From an uncultured delta proteobacterium (GTDB lineage Bacteria > Myxococcota_A > Polyangia > Polyangiales > B10-G4): DNA of 64,000 bases. The notes beneath the pieces were generated by a model that made no database searches, had not been told where the DNA came from, and saw only the letters and a list, made by a program, of their open reading frames with translations. Positions 47,549 through 64,000 of the stretch are shown here, piece by piece. Position numbers and translations under genes: made by a program. Location: NCBI GenBank assembly GCA_963727445.1, contig CAVSGI010000008.1, positions 32,001 through 96,000 of the forward strand. Reading direction: 5' to 3'. Within the stretch, counting starts at the first letter, position 1, and each line of letters begins with the position of its first letter.

Positions 47549-48505
47549 ATGACGACGCTTCGAGGCTTTCTGCTCGCACTCCCCTTCGCCGTCCTTCTGG
47601 CCGGCTGCCCGGTCTACACGGGCGACGGTGGTCCGGTCCGCACCGATTCCGGCACGCGACCCTGCGTGGGGGCCGGCTGCATCTGCGACACGATGCTGGA
47701 CTGCGACCCCGGCCTCGTGTGCGAGGGCGGCCTTTGCACCACGCCGGCCACGCCCACCGACTGCCGCACCCACGGCGACTGCGCGGTTGGTGATTACTGC
47801 GACGACACCCGCACCTGCACCGGCAGCTCGACCTGCACGGTCGACTCGGATTGCGCTGGCGGCTTCATCTGCGACTTCCGCGGCACCTGCGTGCCCCAGG
47901 TCCCCGGCGCCTGCCGCGACGACGCGGACTGCGACTCCGGCACCGTCTGCGTCGAAGGCTACTGCCGCGACACCACCCAGACCTGTCAGTTCAACTACGA
48001 GTGCGCCGGCACCAGCGCCTCCGCCTGCTTGAACAACGGCTGCACCGCCATCTGCACCGCCGACTCCGACTGCGCGGGCGGGCAATCCTGTCAGGGTGGC
48101 TTCTGCCGCACGGACTCCGAATGCTCCTCCACCAGCGACTGCGCCTTCGGCTCGCACTGCGTGGACCAGCGCTGCCTCGTGGACTGCGAGAGCGACTCGG
48201 GCGCCTGCGCCGCCGACGAGTACTGCGCGGAGGACGGCTTCTGCCGCCCGGCCTGGCAGCCCGAGCCCTTCTGCACCACCGACGCCCAGTGCGCCGCCAG
48301 CTCGGTCTGCGTCGACGGCGTCTGCCGCACGCCCTGCCCCACCGGGACCGACGACGAGTGCCGCCGCTTCGACGTGCAGCTCCCGGTCTGTGCCTCCGAC
48401 ATGCTCTGCTACTCGACCAACGAGACCTCGCCCGAGTGCGCGACCAGCGCCGACTGCGGGGCGAGCCGCAGCTGCATCGACGGCATCTGCCGCAACGACG
48501 CATAA
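47549..48505 (+). CDS. Cys-rich repeat lipoprotein (CxxDxDC...CxxGxC repeats)
   Basis: Lipobox LAGC; roughly ten short Cys-rich repeats. Confidence 0.88.
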   Translation: MTTLRGFLLALPFAVLLAGCPVYTGDGGPVRTDSGTRPCVGAGCICDTMLDCDPGLVCEGGLCTTPATPTDCRTHGDCAVGDYCDDTRTCTGSSTCTVDSDCAGGFICDFRGTCVPQVPGACRDDADCDSGTVCVEGYCRDTTQTCQFNYECAGTSASACLNNGCTAICTADSDCAGGQSCQGGFCRTDSECSSTSDCAFGSHCVDQRCLVDCESDSGACAADEYCAEDGFCRPAWQPEPFCTTDAQCAASSVCVDGVCRTPCPTGTDDECRRFDVQLPVCASDMLCYSTNETSPECATSADCGASRSCIDGICRNDA

Positions 48506-48553
48506 GTAAGCCCTCTCACCTTCGCCGAAAGGCGACGATTGAGGAGGGGGGAT

Positions 48554-48592
48554 GACGGGGAACCGGCTGGCGTCGGTTCCCCGTCCTTTTTT
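48554..48592 (+). terminator. Rho-independent terminator
   Basis: 12-bp stem GACGGGGAACCG / CGGTTCCCCGTC followed by CTTTTTT, after the stop at 48505; a small TCGCC-GAAA-GGCGA hairpin precedes it. Confidence 0.8.
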
Positions 48593-48655
48593 GTGCATAC
48601 GGGGGAAATTCCCGACAGTTTCGGGCGTGCGGACGGGTGTAGTCTCGGGGCGATC

Positions 48656-53966
<5,311 letters not shown>

Positions 53967-53990
53967 GCGGGAAACCGGAGCCGCACTGCC

Positions 53991-54034
53991 AGCTCGGGCC
54001 CGCTTCGCTCTGGGCCGCTACGCGCGCCCGAGCT
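53991..54034. terminator. Inverted repeat between convergent genes (bidirectional terminator or REP-like)
   Basis: AGCTCGGGC ... GCCCGAGCT, followed by TTGTTT. Confidence 0.45.
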
Positions 54035-54039
54035 TTGTT

Positions 54040-55533
<1,494 letters not shown>

Positions 55534-55549
55534 GACGGCGCGGTGTCCC

Positions 55550-56531
55550 TCAGGACTCCGAAGAGGCGTCGTCCGCGGTCTCGGCCTCGCCCTCGCCGTC
55601 ACCCCCGCCCTCGGGCGGAGGCTCGGTGAGCTCGATGCGCGACTCGAAGATCTCCCCCGCGGCGATGGTGAAGTGATTGCGACCGCCGAAGGGCTCGCTC
55701 ACCCGCGGATCCATGTACTCCCAATTCGCGATCAGATGGCCCTGCTCGCCCGCGGGCTCGACGTCGTCGAGCTTGAACGCCAGCCACTCCACGCCGCGGA
55801 ACGTCTCCTCGTAGTAGGCGCGGATCGCGCTCCGGCCGTCGTGGCGCGACGCGCCTCCGGTGCGGGTCACGTGGAAGGGCTCCACCAGCGAGCCGCTCTC
55901 TGCGAAGAGGCCGGCCACGCGCGCCGCGTCGCGCCGGTTGAAGTGCGCGGCGTAGCGGCGAACAATCTGGTCGCCCTCGAGCATCGCCGGCGCCATCGGC
56001 GCGTACACCATGCGGACCTCGAGACCGTTGCACCACACGAAGGAGCGCTGCACCAGCACCTCGAGGAGGTCGCCGTTCTTGCGCACCTCGCCGACGCGCT
56101 CCTGCTCCATGGAGCCGGTGCACTCCTCCGTCGGCGGCTGCGCGATGCGCACCTCTTCGACCATCCCGAACTGCCGGCCGCCCTCCATCGGACGCGCGCG
56201 CTGAACCACGGTCTGGGTGCAGCCCTCGGTCTCGAAGGTTTGATCGTAGGTGAGCAACAGGCCCTGGTTGTCGGATTCGATGCGAAGCTCCTGAGAGAAG
56301 CCCCGCGCGGCGAGATCCAGGGGCCCCTCGGTGCAGTGCGCCTCGAATCCAGTTCCATCGGGTGCCGCCGACTTCGGGGCCCACCGGAACGGTGCCAGCG
56401 GAGCTGAAGGCAGACTCCCCGCCCCCACCGATGGCCAAATCACCGGACTCGTCCGGCGTGGTCGAGGATTCGCCGCCACCACACGCCACGAGGGCGACGA
56501 GGGACATGATCGACAAGGCACGCGCCATCAT
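55550..56531 (-). CDS. Lipoprotein with C-terminal NTF2/SnoaL-like domain (frameshift at ~56346)
   Basis: Lipobox LVAC in ORF 55599..56531; IVRRYAAHFNRRDA..VAGLFAE...GRSAIRAYY in ORF 55550..56521. Confidence 0.7.
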
Positions 56532-56616
56532 GGGCGGGAATCAAGCGGACGCGGAGGCCGGAGTCAAGTCGAAGGGAACGAAATTGCGTAGCTATTCGCC
56601 TTCATCGGCCGCGGCC

Positions 56617-57549
56617 TCAGAAGAAAATGGAGTCCCGGGCCTCGAGGCCCTGGTTGACCATGCCCTGAATCGTCGCTTTGACCGTCCAGACCATCTCCTC
56701 GATGACCGCGTCGTCATCGTCGGGGTCCCCCTCGAAATGCAGGGCCTCCCCGAAATGGAGACGGTAGCGCACGGGCAACGGGAAGGCGGCGCCGACGAGG
56801 AGCTGGGGGATCACCGGGAACGCGGGCATCCCGAAGATCTTCGCCAGGGTCTCCACGTTGGCCACCGAGGGGAGCTGCTCCTCGCCGCCGATCACGGCCA
56901 CCGGCACGATCGGGGTGTTCGTCTCGAGCGCCAGGCGCATGAAGCCGAGGCCGAAGTCGACGAGCTGGTAGCGCTTGTCGAAGGTCTTCGAGATCCCGCG
57001 CGAGCCCTCCGGGAAGACCACCAGCGTCTCCTCGTTCTCGAGGAGGCGTCGCGCGTTGTCGGGTGAGCCGACGACCTGACCGCAGCGCGGGAAGAAGACC
57101 GAGACGAAGGGCAGCGCCGCCGACCACTTCTCCACCATGCTCCGGGGAAAGCGCGGTGGCTCGGCGTCGAGCATCAGCGAGGTGCCGATGATCAGACCGT
57201 CGACCGGGATCTGTCCCGAGTGGTTCGCGATCACCAGGCAGCGTCCCGCAGGAACGTGTCCGATCCCTTCGACCTCCGTGCGGAAGTACCAGCGATGCAA
57301 GAAGGCGCTGGCGGCGAGCGCGTAGCGCGCCGTGCCCGGATCGAAACCGAAGGGATCGAAGCCGGCCTCGTTCGGATGCATCTGGATGCGCGCGATCCGC
57401 GCGTCGAGATCCTCGCCGAGGACGTCCTCGGCGAAGTGAACCATGCGGTCACCGACGGCGCTCCACACGCCGTGGGAGACGTCGGCGGGTTCGCGCCGGC
57501 TCATTCCCCAGCCGGCGAAGGGGACGATGGGTCGCTTGTCGTCGTCCAT
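56617..57549 (-). CDS. Lysophospholipid acyltransferase family protein
   Basis: ANHSGQIPVD, FPEGSRG, GFMRLAL...PIVPVA. Confidence 0.9.
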   Translation of the reverse strand: MDDDKRPIVPFAGWGMSRREPADVSHGVWSAVGDRMVHFAEDVLGEDLDARIARIQMHPNEAGFDPFGFDPGTARYALAASAFLHRWYFRTEVEGIGHVPAGRCLVIANHSGQIPVDGLIIGTSLMLDAEPPRFPRSMVEKWSAALPFVSVFFPRCGQVVGSPDNARRLLENEETLVVFPEGSRGISKTFDKRYQLVDFGLGFMRLALETNTPIVPVAVIGGEEQLPSVANVETLAKIFGMPAFPVIPQLLVGAAFPLPVRYRLHFGEALHFEGDPDDDDAVIEEMVWTVKATIQGMVNQGLEARDSIFF

Positions 57550-57633
57550 GAGCGGGGATGGGCATCGTACCGCCCCGGCCTCCGTTTTTTTGACCCCACG
57601 GGCAAAAACATGATGGGTGGGGGTAGGTAGGAC

Positions 57634-58887
57634 ATGGCACACATCCCCCGACACACCGTTCTCTTCGCTCTCGCTCTCATCCTCGTGGTCCTCGACCCCG
57701 CCGCCCCCGGCGTCCGGGCCGACGACGATTCGGTGGCTTCCGAGCAGCGAAACGCCGCCGTTCATCACGACTATCGGCGCTTCAGCGACGGCCCACGCCG
57801 CGTGCCCCGGCCCCGTGGAAACGCCAAAGAGCGGGCGGAGTCCCTCGGCCTCGGCACCCTGGCCGCCGGGCGCCGGCTCCTCGGCCGGACGCCGGAGCCG
57901 CGCTGGCTCGAGGCCGCGCCGGGCGCGGAAACCGAGCGCCTGCTCTGGCCGGTCGAGGGGGGCCGCTTCGGCCGCGGCTTCGGCTTCGTGCGCCGCACCC
58001 GCCCGGACCTGCGCCACGACGGCGTCGACGTCGGCGCCCCCGAGGGCGCGGTGGTGCGCGCCGTCGCCGACGGCATCGTCGGCTACTCCGACAACGGCAT
58101 CCGCGGCTTCGGCAACTGCGTGATGATCCTCCACGGCAACGGCTGGGTCAGCGTCTACGCCCACAACTATCGCAACACGGTCCAGGCCGGCTGGCGCGTG
58201 GAGCGCGGCGAGCGGATCGCCTTCGTCGGCGCCACCGGGATCGCGCGCGGGCCGCACCTGCATTTCGAGCTGCGTCGCAACGGTCGCCCCATGAACCCCC
58301 GCGGCCTCTTCGACGGGATGCCCGACCGCCACGATCCCCGCGCCACTCCTTCGGCCGCCGCCTTCGATGCGAGCGACCAAGCGCCCCCGCGCACCGTGAG
58401 CGCGGGCCGTCACGCCGCGCGCGCCTTCGAGACCGGCGCGCGGCGCACGGCGATCTCACTACTGAGGCGTCCGGCGCCCGCGGCCGTGGTCGCGGCTACC
58501 GAAGGGCGCGTCTTTCGCAATCTGCTGTGGCCCCTACGGGGTGGCGACGCCGACGACGCCGAGGCCAGGGGCCGGCGGCACCACCTCGAGCTCGGCGCAC
58601 AGACGGGCACCGCCGTCCGCGCCGCCGCCGATGGGATGGTGGTCTACGTGGGCGCCCTGCCCCACCGTCACAACGCGGTCGTCCTGTTGCACAAGAACGG
58701 CTGGGTCACGGTCTACGGCGGCGTGGGCGACGTGGCGGTCGAGGCGGGTGACAGCGTGCGCCGCGGTGAGTGGCTCGGCTTCGTCGCCGGCGCGCGAGGG
58801 CTCCGCTTCGAGCTCGTGGAAGGTGGGCGGGGCCGCGATCCACGGCCGCTTTTCGTCGGCGCGCCCACCGAGAGCGCGCCCGGCTGA
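57634..58887 (+). CDS. M23-family peptidase with two M23 domains (second lacks Zn ligands)
   Basis: Domain 1 has HDGVD and HLHFE; domain 2 has HHLEL and GLRFE; N-terminal signal peptide. Confidence 0.88.
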   Translation: MAHIPRHTVLFALALILVVLDPAAPGVRADDDSVASEQRNAAVHHDYRRFSDGPRRVPRPRGNAKERAESLGLGTLAAGRRLLGRTPEPRWLEAAPGAETERLLWPVEGGRFGRGFGFVRRTRPDLRHDGVDVGAPEGAVVRAVADGIVGYSDNGIRGFGNCVMILHGNGWVSVYAHNYRNTVQAGWRVERGERIAFVGATGIARGPHLHFELRRNGRPMNPRGLFDGMPDRHDPRATPSAAAFDASDQAPPRTVSAGRHAARAFETGARRTAISLLRRPAPAAVVAATEGRVFRNLLWPLRGGDADDAEARGRRHHLELGAQTGTAVRAAADGMVVYVGALPHRHNAVVLLHKNGWVTVYGGVGDVAVEAGDSVRRGEWLGFVAGARGLRFELVEGGRGRDPRPLFVGAPTESAPG

Positions 58888-58906
58888 AGCGCCCCGGCGC
58901 TTTTTC
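58888..58906 (+). terminator. Possible intrinsic terminator
   Basis: AAGCGCC-CC-GGCGCTT followed by TTT right after the stop codon. Confidence 0.5.
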
Positions 58907-58968
58907 GCGCGCACCAAGGGTCCCTCGGCGCAGACAGCGGGCCCCGGTTCATGCTAGCCAAGAGGGCG

Positions 58969-59460
58969 ATGCGCCTTCGGAATTCGGCCTTTCTCTGGCT
59001 GCTGGTGCCCCTCTTCGCCCTTGGCTGCGGCGCCGACGCAGAGCCGCCCATCGAGCCCACCTACGACAACGTGCAGATGGTGATGCAGCGTTCGTGCTCG
59101 CTCTCCTCGGCGTGTCACGCAAGCCGGGGGCGCGCCGGGCTGACCTACGAAGGTCTGATGGACTTCACCGAGCCGCTCGTCGGCGTGCCGTCGTGTCAGT
59201 ATCCGCCGATGCCGCGGGTCGATCCCGGCAACCCCGACAACTCCTGGCTCATGATCAAGATCGACGGCATGTACGACGCCGATGGCAACATCGAGTTCAC
59301 ACCCGAAGCCGGCTTCACGCCGCCCACCGGCGACCCGGACTGTGAGACCTTCGGGACGGTCATGCCGCAGAACGCCACGCCCATTCCCCTGCCGATGCGC
59401 GAGGTGACGATGTTCCGCGACTGGATCGCGGCCGGCGCGCCGGGGCCGAGCGGAGGCTGA
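58969..59460 (+). CDS. Small lipoprotein, cytochrome c-like
   Basis: Lipobox ALGC; CSLSSACH; RVDPGNPDNSWLMIKI...MPQ...WIAAGA. Confidence 0.7.
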   Translation: MRLRNSAFLWLLVPLFALGCGADAEPPIEPTYDNVQMVMQRSCSLSSACHASRGRAGLTYEGLMDFTEPLVGVPSCQYPPMPRVDPGNPDNSWLMIKIDGMYDADGNIEFTPEAGFTPPTGDPDCETFGTVMPQNATPIPLPMREVTMFRDWIAAGAPGPSGG

Positions 59461-59473
59461 AGGCCGACTCGTC

Positions 59474-60364
59474 ATGGTGGAGGCGCAAAGCCGACAGGCT
59501 CTCGCGCCGGTCGTGTTGGTGACCGGCAAAGGCGGGGTGGGCAAGACCACGGTCGCCGCCGGGCTGGCCCATGACGCGTGGACCCGCGAGGGGCGTGCCG
59601 TGCTGGTCGAGTTCGGCGACGGCGACGCGGGCAAGCGTGTCCTCGGGCGAGGCTCCAAGGTCGAGCACGTCGTGATCAAACCCGCCGAGGCCATCGAGGA
59701 GATGGCGGCGGACCTCTTCGGCTCGGCGATCCTGTCGAAGGTCGTCATCGGGAACTTCGCCATGCGGCGCCTGTTGCGCGCCGCTCCCGCCCTGCGCGAG
59801 CTGGCGCAGCTGGAGTCGGTGCGACGCATCTCGGTGGAGCGGCCCGGCGTGCGCGTGGTCGTGGACATGCCGGCGACGGGACACGGCGTGGCCTGGCTGC
59901 GGGTGCCGGCACAGATGCGGGATCTGCTACGCGGCGGACCACTACAGGAGCTGTCGAAGCGGCTCTCGGAGGAGCTGATCGCCGAGGGGCGCTGCTCGGT
60001 CGTGATCGTGAGCCTGCCGGAGCGCCTGGTCCTCGAGGAGACGCTGGAGCTGGCGGAAGCCATCCGCGAGGACGTGGGCCTGCCGGCGGGGCGCCTCATC
60101 ATCAACCGGGTGCCCGCCGCCATGCCGCCGCACGCGCTCAAAGAAGCGCGTCGCCTCGCCAGCGGCGAAAGCAAGATCGCCTGGGCAGCCACCGAGCTGG
60201 TCGAGATCATCGCGGCGCGGGATCAGGCGCGCAGCGAAGCACTGGGCGCGCTCGAAGAAGTGATGGCGGGGACCGGGATGAAGCCGGTGTCGATGCCGCT
60301 TTCGCCGGTGGATCCACAGGCCTCCGAGGTCGCCGGTTGGCTCTCGAGCGAGGGGGCGACGTGA
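59474..60364 (+). CDS. ArsA/Get3-family ATPase, first of a pair
   Basis: GKGGVGKTT, APALREL, VVDMPATGH, IINRV. Confidence 0.88.
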   Translation: MVEAQSRQALAPVVLVTGKGGVGKTTVAAGLAHDAWTREGRAVLVEFGDGDAGKRVLGRGSKVEHVVIKPAEAIEEMAADLFGSAILSKVVIGNFAMRRLLRAAPALRELAQLESVRRISVERPGVRVVVDMPATGHGVAWLRVPAQMRDLLRGGPLQELSKRLSEELIAEGRCSVVIVSLPERLVLEETLELAEAIREDVGLPAGRLIINRVPAAMPPHALKEARRLASGESKIAWAATELVEIIAARDQARSEALGALEEVMAGTGMKPVSMPLSPVDPQASEVAGWLSSEGAT

Positions 60365-61464
60365 GCCCGCGCGTCGTCGTGTGTGCCGGTGGTGGCGGCG
60401 TCGGCAAGACCACCACCGCCGCGGCGCTCGCCGTCGCGCTGGCCCGCGCTGGGCACCGCACGCTCGTCGTGACGGTGGACCCGGCGCGCCGTCTCGCGCA
60501 CGCGATGGGCGTGGAGATCGACGCCCACGTCCACGCGGTGCATACCGAGGACGACGCGCACGGAAAGCTCTTCGCGCTCATGCCGGAGCCCCGAACGAGC
60601 ACGCGGACCTTCGTCGAGGTCCTCTTCGAGGATCGGCCCGAGGACCTCGAGCGCATGCTCGAAAACCGCATCTACGCCACCCTCGGAGACGCTCTGGCGG
60701 GGATCCACGATCTCGTCTCCCTGATGCTGGTGGCGCGCGCCGTCGAGGAAGCCTCCTACGACTACCTGGTGATCGACACCGCGCCCTCGCGCTACGCCCT
60801 CGACTTCGTCTCGTATCCGGGGAGGCTGGCGGCGCTCTTCGAAGGCCGGGCGGTCTCCTTCTTCGCCAACCTCGCCAAGAAGGCCGAGGAGGATGGTGAC
60901 GGCCCTCCCAAGGACGAAAAGGGCCTCATCGCCTGGGGCAAGAAGCGCGTGGAAGCGGCCATCGGACGCATCCTCGATCCACGCCTGCTCCGTGAGCTCG
61001 CCGCGCTCTTCGGGCTGTTGTCACTCGTGCGCGGGCGCTTCGCCGATCTGGCGCGCAAGAGCGAGGCGCTGCTCCTCGGCGACTCGGCGCGCTACGTGCT
61101 CGTCGCCGCGCCGACGGGCTCGGCCGACGCGGATCTCGACTACATCGTCAAGAAGCTCGACAAGCTCGGGCAGAAGCCGCACGCGTTCCTCCTCAACCGC
61201 GCCGACGCGAAGAAGCCCGATTGGCTACGCGCCCTCGAGGACGCGAAGGAAGGCGTCACCCTTCCCGTCCAGAACGCGGTGAAGATCCTCGCCTTGGAGG
61301 TGCAAAAGCGGCGCGACAGCGGGGACACCGCGGAGAAGTCGGTGAAGAAGAAGAGCCGGCGCGCGACGATCGTGCGCCTGCCGAACGTGGAGGCTCGCGA
61401 CCCGAGCCACGTGGTGCGCGCGCTCGCCGATCACCTCGCTACGGAGCTCGAAGCGCTGACCTGA
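60361..61464 (+). CDS. ArsA/Get3-family ATPase, second of a pair
   Basis: GGGGVGKTT, TVDPARRLA, VIDTAPS, LLNR; overlaps the upstream stop (GTGA). Confidence 0.9.
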   Translation: MSPRVVVCAGGGGVGKTTTAAALAVALARAGHRTLVVTVDPARRLAHAMGVEIDAHVHAVHTEDDAHGKLFALMPEPRTSTRTFVEVLFEDRPEDLERMLENRIYATLGDALAGIHDLVSLMLVARAVEEASYDYLVIDTAPSRYALDFVSYPGRLAALFEGRAVSFFANLAKKAEEDGDGPPKDEKGLIAWGKKRVEAAIGRILDPRLLRELAALFGLLSLVRGRFADLARKSEALLLGDSARYVLVAAPTGSADADLDYIVKKLDKLGQKPHAFLLNRADAKKPDWLRALEDAKEGVTLPVQNAVKILALEVQKRRDSGDTAEKSVKKKSRRATIVRLPNVEARDPSHVVRALADHLATELEALT

Positions 61465-61550
61465 GGCTCGAGGGGGAGCCCCGTCTCGGGTCGGGACCGA
61501 GTCCCAAAACCGGTAGCAACCGAGGTATGATGTGAGCGGAGGATTCTCCG

Positions 61551-64000
61551 ATGACACGCGCCTCTCTTACTTCTCTCTTGTTCGGACTCGTCTTCTGCGC
61601 CTGCGAATGCACCCAGCCACCTCCCCCGGGCCTGGGGGATGGGCACGTCGGCGATGAATGCCTCCGGGTCGGCGATTGCCGCACGAGTCTCATCTGCGAT
61701 CTCGACATGGGCACCTGCCAGCCGGCCGGCATGCTCGGCGAAAACGCGGCCTGCGAGCTCACCGGCGATTGCACGGACGGCCTCTATTGCAACGCGCTCC
61801 GGGTCTGTGCCCCCGCCGGGACCGAGCCCGAAGGATCGGACTGCGACTCCACCGCGGAGTGCGAGCGCGGCCTCATCTGCGTGGTCGAAGGCTTCGGTGG
61901 GCGCTGCCGCGAAGGCGGCACGGGCGATCTCGGCACGACCTGCGTGACCGACGTCGACTGCATCGCGGGCCTGTCGTGCATCGGCCGGACGGGCGGGATG
62001 AGCGTGTGCGAGAGCGCGCCCCCCATCGAGCCCGTGGACGGCGGCGTCACCCCGCCGGCCATCCCCCCGTACTGGGCGGGCGTGGAGTGCAACACCGCCG
62101 ACGAGGAGGGCTCGAACGAAGCCCTCTTCCGCGTGCCTCGCGCGGGGACCGATTTCGACTTCTACTCCCTGCCCTACCCCAACGACGTTCGCCGGACGGC
62201 GACCGGCATCGATTTGAGCGGCCACCCCTCCCCCGGCACCGCGCTTCCCATCGACATCATCGACCGCTATCTGCGCGCGTCGGAAGAGGACCTCGACGGC
62301 TTCAGCACCAACCCCGTCATCTACTTCCGCTTCAGCGACGGTTACGACTGGGACTCGATGGACGGGAACTTCCTGGTCGTCGACGTGACCCCCGACTCCC
62401 CGACCTATGGCGAGATGGTGAACGTGGCCTGGTTCTTCTCCTCGGGCCCGGTCTCGAAGTACATCTGCCCGAACTGGTTCGCGATGCGCACCGGGTCCGG
62501 CCGGCCCCTCCGGCCCGGCACCACCTACGCGGCGATCCTTCGCACGGGCATCCTGACCTCCGGCGACTCGCCGCAGGTCATGGGTCGTTCCGGCGACTTC
62601 GAGGCGATGCTGGGCTCCTCGGCGCCCTCCGACGCGGCGCTCTCGGCGGCCTGGGACTCCTATACGCCGCTGCGCGACTGGCTCGCCGACCCGATGAACA
62701 CCGAGGTCACCGCGGGCGACGTGCTCAACGCCACGGTCTTCACCACCAGCAACCCCGAGCGGGTGGTGAGTCGCCTCAGGGAAGTGATCCGCGCGCGCCC
62801 GGCCCCCACCGTCAGCGACCTCACGCTCTGCGACGGGACCAACACTTCACCCTGCGACGACGGCACGATGCAGCGGAGCTGCGGCGCCGTGAGCCCGGAC
62901 TTCTACGAGATCCACGGGCGCATCGAGCTGCCCATCTTCCAGCAGGGCACCCCGCCCTACGAGACGCCCGAGGACGGCGGAGGGATCGAGGTCGACGGCG
63001 ACGGGGCGCCTGTCCTGGCGCGGACGGAGCAGGTGTGCTTCGCGCTCACCGTGCCCAAGACCGCGCCGCCAGCCGAAGGCTACCCGCTGTTGATCGTCGG
63101 TCACGGGACCGGCGGCAGCTTCACCGGGGCGGCGCACAACGGCGTCGCGGCCGCGGTGGCCGCGGGCGACCACGGGGGGACGCCGGTGAACGCCGCGACG
63201 CTCGCGATCGACTTCCCCGAGCACGGCGAGCGACGAGGCGACTCGACCCGCGATCCCGACCGCCTCTTCTACAACTTCGCCAACCCGCGCGCCGCGCGCG
63301 ACAACATCACCCAGGGCTCGGCGGATCTCTTCAGCCTCGTGTATTTCGCCGAGGGCTACAGCGAGGACGCCGCCACCTCCCTCACCGGCGAGGCGATCAG
63401 CTTCGACGCGACGAAGATCACGATGTACATGCACTCGCAGGGGGCGACGCATGCGTCGCTGATGTTCCCCTACGAGCCGAGCGTCTCGGCCATCGTGCTC
63501 AGCGGCAACGGCGGCGACCTGACGCAGTCGCTCTTGAACAAGAGGGAGCCGGTGGACATCGCCGGCGTGCTGCCCTTCGCGCTCCTCGACATCAACATGG
63601 ACGGAACGCTCCCCACCGGGACCTTCCACCCGGCGCTGTCGATCTTCCAGGCCTACTTCGACCAGGCGGATCCCGTGAACTACGGGCGGCGCGTGATCAC
63701 CGAGCCGATCGAGGGCGCCCCGGGCCGGCACCTGTTCATGACCTACGGTCTGAACGACAGCTACTCCCCGGAGCCGACGTTGCAGGCGTATGCGCTCGCG
63801 GCGCGGCTCCGCCTCGTCCGCCCTCTGCTCACCGATTCCTGGGGGCTCGCCGAAGAGGATCCGCCGGTGATGGGGAACATCACCGTCGACATGGCTCCCT
63901 TCACCATGGGCCTCCGGCAATACGACCCCTCCGGGGCGGGGGTCGACGGCCACTTCGTCGCCCTGCAGACCCCCGAGGGTCTCGCTGACGTGAGCGCGTT
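61551..64000 (+). CDS. Exported protein with Cys-rich N-terminus and C-terminal alpha/beta-hydrolase (lipase-like) domain; runs off the window end
   Basis: ATG 61551 MTRASLTSLLFGLVFCAC; Cys repeats; LPYPND; DGFS; GHGTGG; AIDFPEHG; MHSQG nucleophile elbow at ~63429, in frame. Not in the ORF track because there is no stop in the window. Confidence 0.8.
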   Translation, partial: MTRASLTSLLFGLVFCACECTQPPPPGLGDGHVGDECLRVGDCRTSLICDLDMGTCQPAGMLGENAACELTGDCTDGLYCNALRVCAPAGTEPEGSDCDSTAECERGLICVVEGFGGRCREGGTGDLGTTCVTDVDCIAGLSCIGRTGGMSVCESAPPIEPVDGGVTPPAIPPYWAGVECNTADEEGSNEALFRVPRAGTDFDFYSLPYPNDVRRTATGIDLSGHPSPGTALPIDIIDRYLRASEEDLDGFSTNPVIYFRFSDGYDWDSMDGNFLVVDVTPDSPTYGEMVNVAWFFSSGPVSKYICPNWFAMRTGSGRPLRPGTTYAAILRTGILTSGDSPQVMGRSGDFEAMLGSSAPSDAALSAAWDSYTPLRDWLADPMNTEVTAGDVLNATVFTTSNPERVVSRLREVIRARPAPTVSDLTLCDGTNTSPCDDGTMQRSCGAVSPDFYEIHGRIELPIFQQGTPPYETPEDGGGIEVDGDGAPVLARTEQVCFALTVPKTAPPAEGYPLLIVGHGTGGSFTGAAHNGVAAAVAAGDHGGTPVNAATLAIDFPEHGERRGDSTRDPDRLFYNFANPRAARDNITQGSADLFSLVYFAEGYSEDAATSLTGEAISFDATKITMYMHSQGATHASLMFPYEPSVSAIVLSGNGGDLTQSLLNKREPVDIAGVLPFALLDINMDGTLPTGTFHPALSIFQAYFDQADPVNYGRRVITEPIEGAPGRHLFMTYGLNDSYSPEPTLQAYALAARLRLVRPLLTDSWGLAEEDPPVMGNITVDMAPFTMGLRQYDPSGAGVDGHFVALQTPEGLADVSA

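Noticed and set aside
45927..47552. ORFs across the arrays (VTTCDR... and SQVVT... repeat peptides)
   Set aside because: Several frames are open only because the unit lacks stops; recurrent 50-bp units break the frame; no clear RBS or start.
61658..63988. 776-aa Arg-rich ORF
   Set aside because: Off-frame shadow; the coding frame starts at 61551 and runs off the window.

Overview
The window appears to be a composite of two unrelated DNAs. Bases 1 to ~3140 are AT-rich and Bacillaceae-like, and encode a collagen-like (Gly-X-Thr) surface/exosporium-type protein. At ~3140 the sequence switches abruptly, in the middle of two different genes, to very GC-rich DNA with typical myxobacterial content: a DUF1592/DUF1552 pair, argH-lysA, a dynamin-like GTPase, FabH, mtnA, two sigma54 activators, ald, trmL, several Cys-rich surface proteins and an ArsA-like pair. 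Many single-base frameshifts in ordinary genes suggest an unpolished long-read assembly. The most notable structures are: (1) a ~1.5 kb non-coding element bounded by 161-bp inverted repeats that holds 15 tandem 51-bp units, each with a 10-bp palindrome and variable 3-nt centre; (2) a giant Cys-rich ORF whose internal MYXO-CTERM-like signal runs straight into a lipoprotein signal peptide, possibly giving two anchored proteins from one gene; (3) a P1B-type ATPase homologue lacking its catalytic motifs; (4) a NTPase-TPR-sigma54 activator coupled to a small lipoprotein with GDPNPQP repeats; (5) a second, BIME-like repeat array. All family calls come from motif recognition by eye; no database searches were run.
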